DNA of 63,843 bases, filler included, from Kipferlia bialata (GCA_003568945.1; 4 parts of 4 records of this genome joined end to end with filler, not necessarily neighbours in it); one strand, 5' to 3'. Positions 1-13,351 are shown, counted from the whole stretch's first letter. A program made the numbers and translations. Notes: generated from the letters alone by a model not told the origin.

Positions 1-67
1 TTCCTCCGATTATCCGGTCGGAGAATTATCGATAATGTTACTTGAGCCCCTTGGTTCACACATATAT

Positions 68-1110
68 TTACATATAGTCTGTATACCCGCACCTAGCGGT
101 GTTTGGTATGAGGAACCTCTTCGGAAGCCTAGTCATGTGGGTCCGTATAGCCTGCTGACAGACTAAGAGAGGGGCAGCTGCGTCTAGAAGGGAGGAGACA
201 GTCGAGTTGTAGCCCTGGACCTGTACATACCTATGGTGAGGAGCGCCTCTGATTCACTACGCTGAGTATAGGTTGTGTCCATGTATGAGAGAGGATATTG
301 CACTCACTTGCGCTGATCCTTTCCCGAGACTGCTGAGTTGGTGGGCAGAGGAATGGGTCTCGCTGTGTTGACACCAGAGTACAGCTCTCCTGCCGAGTGT
401 AGGAATGCAAGACTCTCTGTGGGGTTGCAGGGAGCAGAGACCACTGCAGCACGTGCTGTCTGGAAGGTGGAGTACAGAGTCAGAAGGGACTGGTACAGGG
501 TAGTGCAGTCCTCTGAGACTACCTGAGGATGAGGCATGCCAAGTAGTTGTGGAGAATCAGTATATATTCAATATACTATATTGAATATTGTGATTATGTA
601 TAGTCATACCTTGCTAGGAGTGTGGTCTCTCACAAACAGGTTAATAGCCCCCACAACCTGTGAGAGTCTAAGTGCCTGTGGGAGGTAGGCAGACACTCTC
701 TCCATGTGTGTGGTCAGAGCACTACAGTCAAACCCCCTCACTCTCTCTAGCAGTGCCTCTAGCTCCAGGTGTGCCTCAGGGGTATATGCTACATACGGTA
801 GACACTGGCGGGCCCTCTCCATATCTAGCTGCTCTGTCAGTGCAGATACCTGGGTCTGTAGGGCAGAGGTCTCTCTCTCCCTCAGCTCTCTCTCCCTCTC
901 TATTGCTGCATCAGATGCAGAGAGGTTTCTCTGCATAGCCAGTATAGCATAGGTGATGTGGGGTAGCAGAGACTCTATGCTTGGGGACTGTATGAGGGAG
1001 GAAGCATCATCCTCTGACAGGTTGGGAAGGAGTGCGAGTAGGGAACGAAGCTTGAGAGTGGTAGTGTCGGTCTCGGCATCTCCAGCCTGTCCACCATCAC
1101 ACACTGCCAT
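68..1110 (-). CDS. Hypothetical coiled-coil protein, at least 3 exons (1110-610, 522-308, 230-68 or continuing)
   Basis: ATG at 1110. GTATGA donor at 609 joins CATCCTCAG acceptor at 523, and GTGAGT donor at 307 joins CCATAG at 231, both in frame. Heptad segment AAIERERELRERETSALQTQVSALTEQL. No family recognised; 3' end uncertain. Confidence 0.6.
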
Positions 1111-1661
1111 GTTAGTCTATATGGATAGAGAAGGTCACTTAGATGCACTACCCCCTGTGGCACACTGTGGTGACAGGACTCTAGGGTATCACACCATTGG
1201 CTATCATGCTGTTTTCTTAGTCATAATATCCTCAGGTATATCAGACTATACAGAAAATGAAACCATCTTTCTTAGATACAGTAGACTGTAGACCATCATT
1301 CACTACAGCGCAAGACAACCTGAGAGCAGGAAAGTACATCGGAGAGAAGTCGGATTTCTTTGGCAAAAGGGTTTATCTTAGACCGCTTCACTCAATGACT
1401 GACTCTCTCGGAGCCACACCCACAACCGGTTAATACCCCCAGGTATGAAGTCACTCGTAGTGGTATTATTCCTCCAGTAGTAGTTACACCCTCTCTATGT
1501 GTGTGTGATACAATGGACCTATCAGGGAATAGCATGTATTGCTTCCCTGCATTGATGTGATTGCCAATCCATATATATCTCTTCAGCCAAGACCTGTCGC
1601 TACTTTGCTACCGACATGACCCCGCAACTTCGTGTCCCCCTTACTCCCCCCCCCCCCCCCC

Positions 1662-1698
<37 letters not shown>

Positions 1699-1734
1699 TG
1701 TATGACTCAGCAGTGTAGGCATAGCATCACATAC

Positions 1735-1989
1735 CCGTGTGTCTGATGAGCTTGGCCTTGAGCAGCTCCTGCACGACTCGGGCCACATAGCCTGGGGGGT
1801 GAGGTCAGGGGTAGATAGATATATATACAATAGAGAGAAAGAATAAGAGAACAATAGCATCATCCACTTGCAACACTTCCAGATGCACTATCAGCAAATA
1901 GCAGTAGACCCCACCTGGTCTGATGGCTGACAGGACTGTGATGAGCTGAAGGGGCACCCACTCGTGGTTCTTCATGCCCATCTCAACAC
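1735..1989 (-). CDS. RIO2: Two-exon fragment of RIO2 kinase N-terminal winged-helix domain
   Basis: Exons 1989-1915 and 1791-1735 splice to VEMGMKNHEWVPLQLITVLSAIRPGYVARVVQELLKAKLIRHT, matching the RIO2 signature VEMGMKNHExVP. No other RIO2 exons are visible; the fragment is bounded by G/C homopolymer runs. Confidence 0.8.
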
Positions 1990-2051
1990 CTGAGGGTGGG
2001 GGGGGGGGGGGGGGACACGGGGGGGGGGGGGGGGAGGCTTGGTATACACAC

Positions 2052-3144
2052 CTCAGAGTCGATGATGCCAGCCTTGTATGCCGCCTCTCTCATCTGGCTC
2101 TTGGCCTTGGGGGTCCACTGGGGGTGAGAGGGGGGGGGTGAGAGAGTGCGAGGGGGTGCGGGGGGAGACGGTGGGGGTAGAGAGAGAGAGAGAGTAGAGT
2201 AGAGAGTAACTCAACCTGGCACCGAGTCAACACTGTATGGAGCAGAGAGTGATAATGGAGAGAGAGTCCTATAGTAGACGTCTACCCACCATGGCTGGGA
2301 CTGTTAGGCACCACTGCACCCCACAGGTATCTCCGAACCTGCCCCCTATCACCCGTCTGATCTCCAGGCACATGAACCTCAGGTAGTCTGCCACCACATC
2401 CACCACGTCCATCTCCAGCCTTCCAAAGGCAGAGGTCGGCTGGGCCTTGCGCACCCGGGAGAACGACTCTCTCTTGGTCTCCTGGGGGGGGACCTTGCAG
2501 ATGTCTGTGATCTTGGGCACCTTGAGTATCTCCCCATCACCTGACGGTCAGAGAGATATATATGTATATATAGAACACTCACCTGCAGAGAGTGACCCTC
2601 CCTCTGCCTTGGGGGTGTCATCTCGGAGGGCACCGTCCAGCAGCAACTTGAACCTGGGGTCAGGGAGAGGGAGGGGGAGGGGGGAGAGATAGAGAGAGAG
2701 AGATACTCCATGGTACTGGTATGATTGTCAGGTATAGTGTAGGAGACACTACACACCTGGTTACCAGCATCCCGTCACCGGCATCCCTGGCCCTGGTCCT
2801 GGCCTATGTCAGAGAGAGAGAGAGAGAGAGATAGAGAGAGAATACCTCCTGCTTGTGTGCCGAGTGCCCCCAGTGCGTGGCCACCCACTCCCCCCCCTGC
2901 TGCCTCTGGTAGTACAGAGCAGTGCGGGTCTTGCAGTAGGGGGTCACCTGGTCGGGCCACGTGTAGCACGCCTCAACCTTGCTGCCACTCCCTCCCTGGG
3001 AGATGGCGTACCCCGAGTAGGCGGTGCCTGGCAGTGAGTGAACACACCGACAAGTGACTGTACAATGACATGCATGTCCACTATCTCACCGAAGTCCAGG
3101 CCAACGTACACCCTCTCATCCTCCGTACTGGACGCCTCTGGCAT
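2052..3144 (-). CDS. HSPA12-type Hsp70-like actin-fold ATPase, N-terminal part only (truncated)
   Basis: Spliced motifs VYVGLDFG|TAYSGYAIS, PYCKTRTALYY, VDVVADYLRFM, VQWCLTVPAM|WTPKAKSQMREAAYKAGII are typical of HSPA12-like proteins. The expected downstream LEPEAA exon is missing. Confidence 0.75.
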
Positions 3145-3246
3145 CGTGTTGGTCACTATATGGACACAACCCGATGAGAGAGAGTGTTGAACTCGACGTG
3201 ATGATCAGGAAAAGCTACCCGGTATTGGTTTAGGGTGCTGACATGC

Positions 3247-3285
<39 letters not shown>

Positions 3286-3296
3286 GTCCACAGCAG

Positions 3297-5417
3297 ATGC
3301 CTGCACCCTCTGATGTGCACCTGGCCATTGGTCTGGACATTGGCACCTATTGCAGTGGGGTGGCAGTGAGTCTGTCGACAGGAGAGACAGTGGAGGTAGG
3401 ACACGCCCTCTCTCACACTCACTTACACTAAGACTATACACACATTGCTTATCCACCCCTCCCCACCCACGCCCTGTCTGACCCCTAGGTGTATGACAGC
3501 TGGACGGGCCAGCCCAGTCCCTACGGGAAGGTCCCCTCCTACATGACATATACATGCAGTGGGGGTGTCTACACCCCAGTCAAGTGGGGGTATGGGTCCC
3601 TCACTGATGGCACAGGCAGGGCCAAGGTCCCAGGGGGGGTCAGTGTGTCCATGTTCAAGCTGATGCTGGACCCATCTGGGGGTGCCCCCCCTCCCCCCCT
3701 CCCCCCAGGTCTGACTATGGGGCAGGTGCTGGCAGACTACCTCAGACACTTGAAGGACATTGTACAGAGGAAGGTGGCGAGGCAATGGGAGGACATATAC
3801 ACCCTGGACTCTGCAACATGGTAAGTCATCTCTCTCTCTATCTCGCCTCTCCCCCTCCCCTCGCCCACTACCTTCCCTCTCCCTCCCCCCCCCGCCGCGT
3901 AATTACCTACCTCTCTCTCTCTCCCTCTGTCCTCACCCAGGGCCATCACGGTCCCCTCTCGCTGGTCCCCCTCCAGCAACAGGGTCATGCGGAAGGCTGC
4001 TGTCCAAGCAGGCCTAGTACCGTCTCCCTTTGACCCACGCCTCTCTCTCCTCCTCGACCCAGAGGCCGCTGTTCTGGGAGGTATATATATATACTAGTGT
4101 ATATTTATATATATATACATACTGACTGATACTGACACTGCAGCACTGGGGGCAGGTTCCCTTGTGGGGGGCCAGACCCTTCTGGTGGTGGATGCCGGGG
4201 GAGGGGGTGTGGATGTGACTCTGTGTGTGGTAGTGGAGGCGGAGGGGGGCACGGTCTCTCTCCGCACCACTGCCTCCACACACACTGATGTGCCACCCAA
4301 AGACCAGGCAGAGGCCAGGTACCTCCAGCACATCAAGAAGGCCCTGGGCAAGGGAGCAGAGAAGGCACTGGCTGCCAACCCCAGAGCAGTGGATAACCTC
4401 CTGACCCAGTGGCGCACCAAGAGTGTTGGGGTGTCCTCCAGTGACACAGATGATGAACTTCTGATCGAGGTATGTTATAACTGTGTGTACTGTGTAATAT
4501 ATGCTATTTTGACCCCAGATACCCCCCAAGCTCCTCAGGTACCTCTCCGAGGATATGCAGGAAGAGCTGGAGGAGGAATCGGCCATCGAAGTGTCCCTAG
4601 ACAGGGTGCAGGACATATTCCACCCCCAGCTGGTAGCTGTGTCCGCTGCCATTGAGGCTACTCTGGGATACCTACCCTCGGCGGACCGCGCACTGCTCGT
4701 TGGAGGCTTCTTCCGGGGTGGATATCAGTCCCAGAATATGTCTAGTGTACATGCCAACCACGTTAGGGAGTTCGTGACTCTCACAGGTAGGACACAACAG
4801 TGTCCCTTGGGAGTGAATGTTGTTCTGGTGTTTAGCATCGCTCTCTTGTATACCCATCCTCACTGTAGACCCCGGCACTGTTGTCGTGCAGGGTGCCTGT
4901 CAGCATGCCAAGGACACCTCTGGACTGCTCAGCCTGGTCCAGTGTGCTACCCTGCTACCGACGGAGACGCCCTCACACAGCAATGTAACCACGGCTGATA
5001 CAGCCCCAGAGGTATGTGGGAATGTGTAGACAAGTGCTAATCTAGAGTGCCATGTAATCTACAGGGCAGTATCATCGTACCACCAAAGCACTATACTAAT
5101 TCCTGCTAGAACCCGACCCTCACTACCATTTATAACCCCAGTCTGAGGCTGAGACCTCTGATGAGGAGACATCAGACCCATACGATTCAGAGGACGAAGT
5201 CGACGTTGAGGACTCTCCCTTTCAGTGGCTGGTCATTCTGGGCAAGCCAGTGTCCCTCCGGCACTTTGGGGTGGGCCTTGGGGTGGTCGTGCTCATCGTG
5301 ATGTGTCTCTGCCTCAAGACTAGCCTCGAGCACAGGTCTGCTCTCAAGAGTCGAGGCCAAGAGTACATGGACGCCATAGACTACTGTACCAGTGCGAGGT
5401 ACTATCGACACCACTGA
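3297..5417 (+). CDS. HSPA12-type Hsp70-like protein with C-terminal acidic linker and predicted transmembrane helix
   Basis: AIGLDIGTYCSG, GKVPSYMTY, KWGYG, VLADYLRHL, W|AITVPSRW, MRKAAVQAG, LLDPEAA, LVVDAGGGGVDVT, LLVGGF. The last exon from ~5142 reads SEAETSDEE...FGVGLGVVVLIVMCLCL...YYRHH with stop at 5415-5417. Confidence 0.8.
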
Positions 5418-5506
5418 TTCCAGTCCTATTATGTTCCTAGCTGTTGTATCTTCTCTCTGCTTTGCTGAGTATCCCTCACCTCAGCTCCACCATATCCACA
5501 GCCGAC

Positions 5507-6564
5507 ATGGCACCCTGTGTCCTTAGATACTTTGAATCCAAGGAGGAGACATACGAGTCTCTACTACGGGACTTTGGGAAGGAGCACACATGGCTCTCGA
5601 GGATGGAGGGGTGCATTGAGGGGGACGAGACAGAGGTAGGTAGCACGTGATAGCATTGATATTGGCAGCCTTATGTCTCTCTCAACACCCTCTCTTACCA
5701 CAGCTCAACCTCCACGATGCCCATATCGGGCCTGAAGGAGCCGGACTACTCGCAAAGGCACTCCAATATGTCCCCGACCTGACAAAGGTAAGGAAGCCGG
5801 TCCGGGTACCACATGGATATACCCCAATATTCTCTGATAGACACTTTACTAATGACAGCTTGTTCTGAGCTCCACTGGTCTTGGGGATGAGGGTGCAAAG
5901 ACCCTTTCACACTCCCTACAGTACCTGCCCTGTCTCACCTACGTACGATTATGGCCTAGTACTCTTCCACATACTGACACCGATACATAGTACTCCCAGG
6001 AAGAGTGTTTGATATGTACATTTGCTTTCCACCTCTGACACCAGCTCGATATTGGGCAGAATGGCATTGGAAACGACGGAGCTCTCGCCGTGGCGAATAG
6101 GCTCCACTCCTTGCCCGACCTCACCGAGGTATGGCTAGCAAGTGAGACTCCAATAGTGTTTTATACAGTGTCGCCTTACTAATACCAGCTATGGCTGGAC
6201 CAGAACCGTATCGGGGATGTTGGTGCCAAGGCTGTGGCAGGTGTGATCAGGGAGGGGTGCCTGCCTCAGGTCGCGAAGGTACTACTCCATAAGTGCTATA
6301 TACGTACTGTCCCCGAGTGTGACTCAATGTCAGAGTTCCTACTATTGCGCTATCGTCCGTGTTTGTGTGTCAGTCTGCAATATCTACCAGTATATCAGAT
6401 ATGTAATCTGTCTCACCCAGGTTTTTATCATGAAGAATGCCCTCGGGGCAGGGGGTCGGGACTCCCTGACATATGCTGCGCCAGACAAGGGTACGTCCAG
6501 TCCCTATCCTACCCCATCCGTATATACCTTCACCCTTACCCTAGCTATTGATGTGAGACTGTGA
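5507..6564 (+). CDS. Ribonuclease-inhibitor-type LRR protein
   Basis: Phase-0 exons 5704-5787, 5859-5942 and 6045-6128 (84 nt each) and 6189-6278 each encode one LxLxxNxIGxxGAxxLAxxL repeat. Confidence 0.85.
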
Positions 6565-6836
6565 GTATGTCCGGTCACGAAAGGGGATTCACACCATGTA
6601 AGTCCAGTTGTGTTGGCCCCCCATGGCCACCCCACTCTCCAGACAGTCTAGTTGTACTGAGCAATTGCCACTCTGTCCGTATTACCGTGTACTAGTAGTG
6701 TACTCTCTAAAGGCTAGATATATCTAATGGAGAGTGTCCGAAGGATACTTCTAGAGGGCATGGAGTACGGTGGTGTATGAATAGAGACATGATTATAGTG
6801 AACAGGGGGGGGAGGGCGTGCGGGGGGTATTGGCAT

Positions 6837-7388
6837 CTATTCCTCAGATATCTGTAGGTCTTCTCTCTTGAGCATCATGCCGACCCCACCAATGCCGGCC
6901 TCCTCTCCCCCCAGTGCCTGTGTGTTCAGGGGCGACTGCTCCATGGACAGAGCATCTGCCACCTCAGGGAAGATGAAGCTTCTCCTCCAGGGTCCCTCTC
7001 TCTGTAAGCAGGCGCTGCTTGGTGCACACCTGGGAGTAAGAGGGAGTGGAACAGAGAGAGAGGGGGGGGGGTGAAGTATTGGGACCAGTACCTTATCCTG
7101 CAGTCCTGCCAGCTCCGCAGTGTGGGTACCCCTCTGCTCGGAGGTGTGCCTGGGGTCCTTGAGCACACATTCCTTCAAGAACACCTCGTACTCGGCAATC
7201 TAGAGGTCAGGGGGGGAAGAGAGAAATAGAGAGAGACAGTGTGCTTCTCACCTTTATGTCGTCCCCAGTGACCACGTCAATGTCTCTGTACTCAGCCACC
7301 AGACCCAGGGCCTCTGTCTGCCGGGGTGCTAGGCAGGGAGGGTCTTGAGCAGGGAGGAGCTCTTTCTAACAGCATCCATGGGAGCCAT
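6837..7388 (-). CDS. Small hypothetical protein (about 4 exons)
   Basis: ATG at 7388 with canonical introns gives MAPMDA|TEALGLVAEYRDIDVVTGDDIK|IAEYEVFLKECVLKDPRH...QDK|VCTKQRLL. Stop is at 6964, or at 6837 in a shifted frame. Confidence 0.45.
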
Positions 7389-7887
7389 GATCGGATTGTG
7401 GGTGTATTCCATGTGTCACCGATACCAAGAGAAAGAATGCTGACGGCAAAGGCTTGTCAGACTTGTATCACTTGAGACTGTCAGTATTGTGTATCCTGTA
7501 GTATATGTAATACATGATATCTAACCCCAGATGATGAAGAGGTAGAGGCAGGCTGACCTCACCTCCTTCGGTTACGAACCCATTTCTACAGCCTGACTGG
7601 ATCAAATACAGACAGACACAAGTGCATGAATAGCAGTCAGAGCTCCGCTGCACACTTTGAATTGAATTCTCGCTACAATGAGACCCAGGAGCTACAATAG
7701 ACTCTGAATATGTAATGTTGGTGAGGAGTCGTCAGCGAGTCTTTGAAAGATAGCCTTGTCACTGAGCGTGTTTGAACAGTTGAGGATGAACAATCTGTGT
7801 CAGTGTGGAATTGACGTGTCTGACACTTCTCTCACCCCACATATATATACACACATTGAACTCTCATCCCTGTCCCCCCAGTGAGCC

Positions 7888-8247
7888 ATGGACTATGCGT
7901 CCTGGGCCCTGATCAACGGGTGCACCATCTGTGTGCTACTGGCCATGCTGCTAGGGGCATATGCCATGCTGATGAGATACAAGGGGTATGGATACTGTAT
8001 ACATAGTCACCTCCCTATACATCACCCTCACCCTCAGATCCACACACTGGGCACAGTCTGGCCTGTGGTGGGTCACACTCACGGTGGGATGCAGGTGTGG
8101 GGCATGTGCTGAGGCTGTGTATTTATATATACTCTCTCTCTCTCTCTCTTTCCCTCAATCCAGTCTTGTAAGTGGCACCACTGGGATTCTCTATTACTTT
8201 GGGTTCCTCGACAACTGCACCGTACTTGCCATGCCCAACATCAAGGT

Positions 8248-8287
<40 letters not shown>

Positions 8288-9474
8288 ATACCGTTAGTCT
8301 CATGGTTCAAATGGCATCTTGTTATGTAGTATATGTACTCACCCACCAGCTCCTGAGCTCCGGTTTCACCCTCCTCACAATGATGCCGGTGACACACCTG
8401 TTTGTGCAGGTATCTATGTTTAGCCGTATAAGTGGACATTCTCCTGTTCTACTGCTCAGTCTCTCTCTCTTTCTCTCTCTCTATCTCTATACCCACCCCC
8501 AAGGTCTTTAATGTGCTTGTCAAGCCCAAGCCCTACCGCCGCATCCTGCTCTTCACCCACGCTGTGTGTGGTGCCACCTCTCTCTCTGCCATCAGTCTCT
8601 ACCTATGGGACCGGTCTGTGACCCGTGCCTTGTGTGCACAGGACATGTCACTCTGCCCAGGTATCAACATCAACGACACATATCAGGGATATATAGGCAA
8701 TAATGAGAGCATATCTCACCACTCGAGCGTACAATTGTCTATATGTATATGTATACATTATCTCACACTTGTACAATGACTGACCCCAGGTGATGCGTAT
8801 AATGCACACAGCCGGCTGGCCCAGGACCTGTGGTACATCCCAATCACTGTGCAGGTGTGTATACATATATCTTGGCGGATAATACACATCCCCGCCTCTA
8901 TGCCCCTCACCCCAGACACTGTATCTGGGTGGTGTGCTGTTAGTCATGCTCTACATGAGCACAAGGCGCCACAAGGTGTTCAGTGAGGTGGGTAGTCAGT
9001 ACAGCCGGATACTGCATGGTATTGCATAGAATACGCCGCGCCACTGTCTCTGTCTCACCCCCAGTCTGAACCCGAGCCTGTCCGGCGGAGGCTCAAGGTG
9101 CAGAAGATCCACGTCCTTCCCGTCATTGTCTTGGCATACTCACTGTCCCTGATGCTGTCTCTGGTACTCAAGTTCGGTACTACCCTGGGTGGACACCCAG
9201 ACGCGGTGCAGGGAGGTGGGTGGGTGTATGTATAGTCACAGTAGCTCAACGTCCCCATGACAAGTAACACTTGATACACCTCTCACCGACTCCTTCTCTC
9301 CCTCTGACCCCAGCCTACCTGTGTGCCAATGCCTTTGAGTGCACTAGTCTCACCCTGCTGGTATACCCATCCAGGGGCACCAGGGAGAGGGCCAGGCAGA
9401 AGAGACAGGCTCGCGCACAGGCTGCAGCACCACATAGTATGTCTAGTGGTAGGAGAGGGGTGGCATGTGTATAA
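7888..9474 (+). CDS. Seven-transmembrane, GPCR-like membrane protein (about 9 exons)
   Basis: The manually spliced product has seven hydrophobic segments, Cys before TM3 (LDNC) and in the TM4-5 loop (CAQDMSLC), a basic loop before TM6 and a basic C-tail. Confidence 0.6.
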
Positions 9475-9799
9475 TACCGCAAGGGTGTCTCACTGAGACT
9501 CTCAGCAAAGTTGACCTTGTAGTGTAGTTTCATGTGGATATGTATCATAATGTAAAGTAGAATAGAACAATGCGAAGTGTAGTAAGCCCCAATGGTTTGC
9601 CCGACAGTATAGCTCACACAAGATACGTTGGTATGAACACCCCTCCATGTCTGGTCTGACATGTAAGCGTCAGTGATTCAATGGAAACAGACTGGGCTAA
9701 AGTGTTGCTCTTTTTGTTTTGCACCCTTATTTCATCTGCCAAAGGACTCTGTTACAGAGATTCAGTCTCTCTATAGAAGACCCATACTCTCCCTTAGAC

Positions 9800-12700
9800 A
9801 TGCACGGCCGACAGGCTCGCAGAGAGTATGACGGTCTGCATACCCCGAAGCACGGTGTTGCCATTGTGCTGCCCCTCCTGATGGTGCTGGCCACCCCCGT
9901 GATGCTGATAGGGGGCCTCAGCAGATACTGTGTGGTGCAGTGGCTGGACTCCCTCGACTCAGGGTCCTCGTTCACCAACACAGACACAGCCAACACCATC
10001 CTGCTGCTGGCCCGGTCCCTCCCCATCATACTGGTCCCAGGACTATCCATCCCACTGGGAGGGAAGGGTGATGTGAAAGGGAATAAGCCACTGCTGAAGG
10101 CCTCAGTGTGGCTGTCTGTCCTGGCCATGCTCCCTCCCACCCTCATGGCAGTGCTGCCCACATGGGTATGTCGCATAGTCAGTATAACCATTGTCATGTT
10201 CTCAACCCTATCCTATTCATCCTTTCAATACCCTGGATTCCCTGACACTCCGCCGAACCAGTATATATCATAGTAACACACTATTCCTCGCTGTCTTTAT
10301 ACCCCCTGGGAGCCAGCTGGCTTATCTCACTGTGCTATCTCCCTGTATAAGTATTCTCTCTGACCGTGTATCTCATTACCACATGTCCCCTATACTGTAT
10401 ATCCCCACCCCAGGTTCCCGCCGTGGCTCCCTCTGCTCTGCCAGACTGGGCCACCCTATGTGTCCTGGGCTTCAGCCTGCTCCTCTCCTGTATCGCCCTG
10501 GCTGTGGCCCTTCCCAACTCTATTGGGTACCTCTGGAGGTTCACAGGACCCTCTGCCAGGCTGGGTGCCATACTGCTGTTGGTCATACTCCTACCGGTGA
10601 GTGGGTGTCAGTGTATCAGGGTATCAGTGGGATGGTATAGTATAGTGTCAGGGTTACAGTACTTCCTCTCTCTTCCCACTGTACTGACTCCTCAGGTCCT
10701 TGCCCTGTCGCCCTCTGTCCTCTCCGACAACCTGGTCAACAACTGGGACACCCTCCCCTCTTCCATGTCCACAGACCACTCCTTCCTGTGGCCCCTGGCA
10801 GTCACCTTCCCCATCGCCATCCTCATCTCCCCCCTCTGCATGTGTGCCGTGGCAGCTGTCCCAGAGGCACCTCAGCCAGGTACATCTCAGCATCAGCTGG
10901 GTACTCTATACTAGTATATGGCTAGTGTCTGCCTTTCATATACCAATGGTGTCACCTTCTTTCGATCTCTCTCCCTCTATCGCTGGTTGTCATATTCATA
11001 CGTATCCGACCCCCAGGTGCCAAGAGGGGTGTGGCAGACACCGTGGCTGGCTTCGGATGGATCATAGTGGCCCTGGGCCCCACTGCTGCATGGGTTGTGT
11101 ACACATACGCCCCAGAGGGAGTGCTTCACATGGTGGTACGGGTACTACACTGCACAGACACCCTTACTGACATGTTCCCCAATCTACATATACACATACA
11201 TGTATATAGTACTCACCCCAGCCCTGGATGTTTGGATGTGTTGTGGCCGGTCTGGGTCTCCTCCTGGTGATATGCTCCATGCCTCGTAGGTGCAAGGCCC
11301 CCCTCCAGAAGAAGGTGGAGGACTACCCCTCTGCCGCCAGGTACATGTTTGTGGGGGTGGTGCTGGGGGTGTGCGGGGGGGTGGCCTCTCTGGTGGGTCT
11401 CACCGCTGCCCAGGCACGCTATGCTGGCACCGACGCCCTCTCTGCCTACTCCCCCTTCGGCCTCTCCCTGGTCCCTGTCATCCTGGCCTCTGCCATCTGC
11501 CTTGTCCTCGTCCCCTTCTCCTCCTGCCTCACCTATGCCGCAGTGCAGTCCCAGGTCATCACGTTCCTCGCCATCCTCACAGCCGTGGCCATCGGGGGCT
11601 TCTGGGTCCCACTCACTGAGGCCGTCACCCAGCCCCTGGTGCTGGTGGCTGTGTGTGCCCTCCCCGCTGGCTGTCTGATGGCTGTGTCAGTGTTGGTCAT
11701 GCACAGGCTCACAGTGTCGCTGCCAGCAGGTGGGAGAGTACTCCATGACGCTCTTTTCATTCTTGCATATACATATGTATATCCATGTGTTGATCCCTCT
11801 GACCACTAGGCCACAGTGGTCCCTCCAGGAGACCCTGGACATCCAGAAGCACCCTCACTGCTGCCAACTTCCTTGTCTCCTTCTCTGTGCCCTTTGTCAT
11901 GCTGTCCCTCTTTGATGATGGGTACGGAGTATATGAGCGTGGTGATCGTGTGTGTACTGGTTGGTTGTCACACTCCCCCTCACCCTCAGCTATGCCTTCT
12001 TCTCGTCCTCTCTGTTCGGGTGGTCTGATGCAGATATTGAGGTGTACTGTGGCTATGCATTCATGGGCCTGTGCGTCCTGTGCATCATAGTCATCATACT
12101 GCTAGGTGGGTTATGACACTATAATGGAAACCATGCGTCATTTCATCTCTACTTATCCTCATCCCCCCCCCCCCTCTCCCCCCAGGCACCCTCTCTGCCA
12201 CCTTCGATGATGGTGCCCATGCCCTGGTGCCCCTGTACCAGCTCAGGATGCTGCAGATGGAGGTGGGGACACTCAATACTGATACTTGACAGTGTGTATA
12301 TAGACCACAGTGATATTTGTCTCTGTCGCTCTCTCTCTCTCCTCACCCAGGCTGGCGTTGCTGGACCCAACCGGTCCCCCCGCACCAGGTCCCCCGTGGC
12401 CAGAAGGGACACCAGAGTGGCTGTAAACCCAGTGGGTATGGGATACTGTGTGGAGTTAACTGTTCAGATAGATATTACTGTAAGGTTCTTCTCTTTGTCT
12501 CTCTTCTTATCTCAGGCGAGCCCGTCCCCGCGGGTGAGGGTGTGGTGGTGTCCCCCGTCAATGTGCCTGACTCTGTGCCCTTTGCGGCCATGAACGCAGG
12601 GGCAGGTTGGTGCTGTGTATGGTCACCATCTCATCACTCACCTTACCCCACCCTCCCCCCCTCTTCCCCACCCCAGGTGCTGCTGCCGTTGCCGAGGGCC

Positions 12701-12817
12701 CTGCCCTGAGTCCGGAGGATGTGTCCTCTGTCTCTGTGACATCTCAGGCAGAGCTGCTGGCTAGGTCTGGCACAACAGGTGAGTGGAGGGTTGTACAGTC
12801 ACTACACAAGGCCTTTC

Positions 12818-12852
<35 letters not shown>

Positions 12853-13295
12853 CTATCAGTGGGGCCCAAGGTCCAGCCCACCCCCCTTGTCAGGAGGGCA
12901 GACAGTGAGAGGGAGAGAGAGAGAGAGGGTGTCAACACATCCCCTGTGGCTAGACACGCCACATCCAACGGAGCCATCACATTTGCACAGGTACATACAT
13001 AGGGTGATGGCAGAGTAGGTCTTGTGTGTATTCACGTGTACCCCCCTCTGACCCCAGCCCCCTCCCCTCCGCACATCCACAAGCAGTCGCTATGGGTACG
13101 ATAGCCTCAACGGATCAGGATCAATGAGTAGGTGTGTTCACTGCACTCATTCTAAACACTCCCATACATATGCTATTGGACTTCCCCTTACCCCTTAGGA
13201 ACCTAACAGGCGGCATGTTCAATACTGTCCGTGGTCATGAGCTGAGTGGGCTGTCCGGGGTGACCCAGATCAACGAGGACAGTGGGTCAGACTGA
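9800..13295 (+). CDS. Multi-pass membrane protein, MFS-transporter-like, with low-complexity C-terminal tail
   Basis: About 12 hydrophobic segments over many exons (e.g. ILLLARSLPIILVPGLSIPLG, FVGVVLGVCGGVASLVGL), followed by a Ser/Pro-rich tail ending DSGSD stop at 13293-13295. Family inferred from topology only. Confidence 0.6.
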
Positions 13296-13351
13296 GGCTG
13301 ATATATGGATAGTGGGTCAGACTGAGGCTGATATATCGATAGACTGAGGCT
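13281..13351 (+). repeat. Tandem duplication spanning the stop codon (AGTGGGTCAGACTGAGGCTGATATAT x2 plus a partial third)
   Basis: Copies at 13281-13306 and 13311-13336, and AGACTGAGGCT at 13341-13351. Confidence 0.85.

Noticed and set aside
3198..3241. GTGATGA...CTGA, a C/D box snoRNA-like pair between the Hsp70-like genes
   Set aside because: Only 44 nt, no convincing terminal stem and no rRNA-complementary guide that I could identify.
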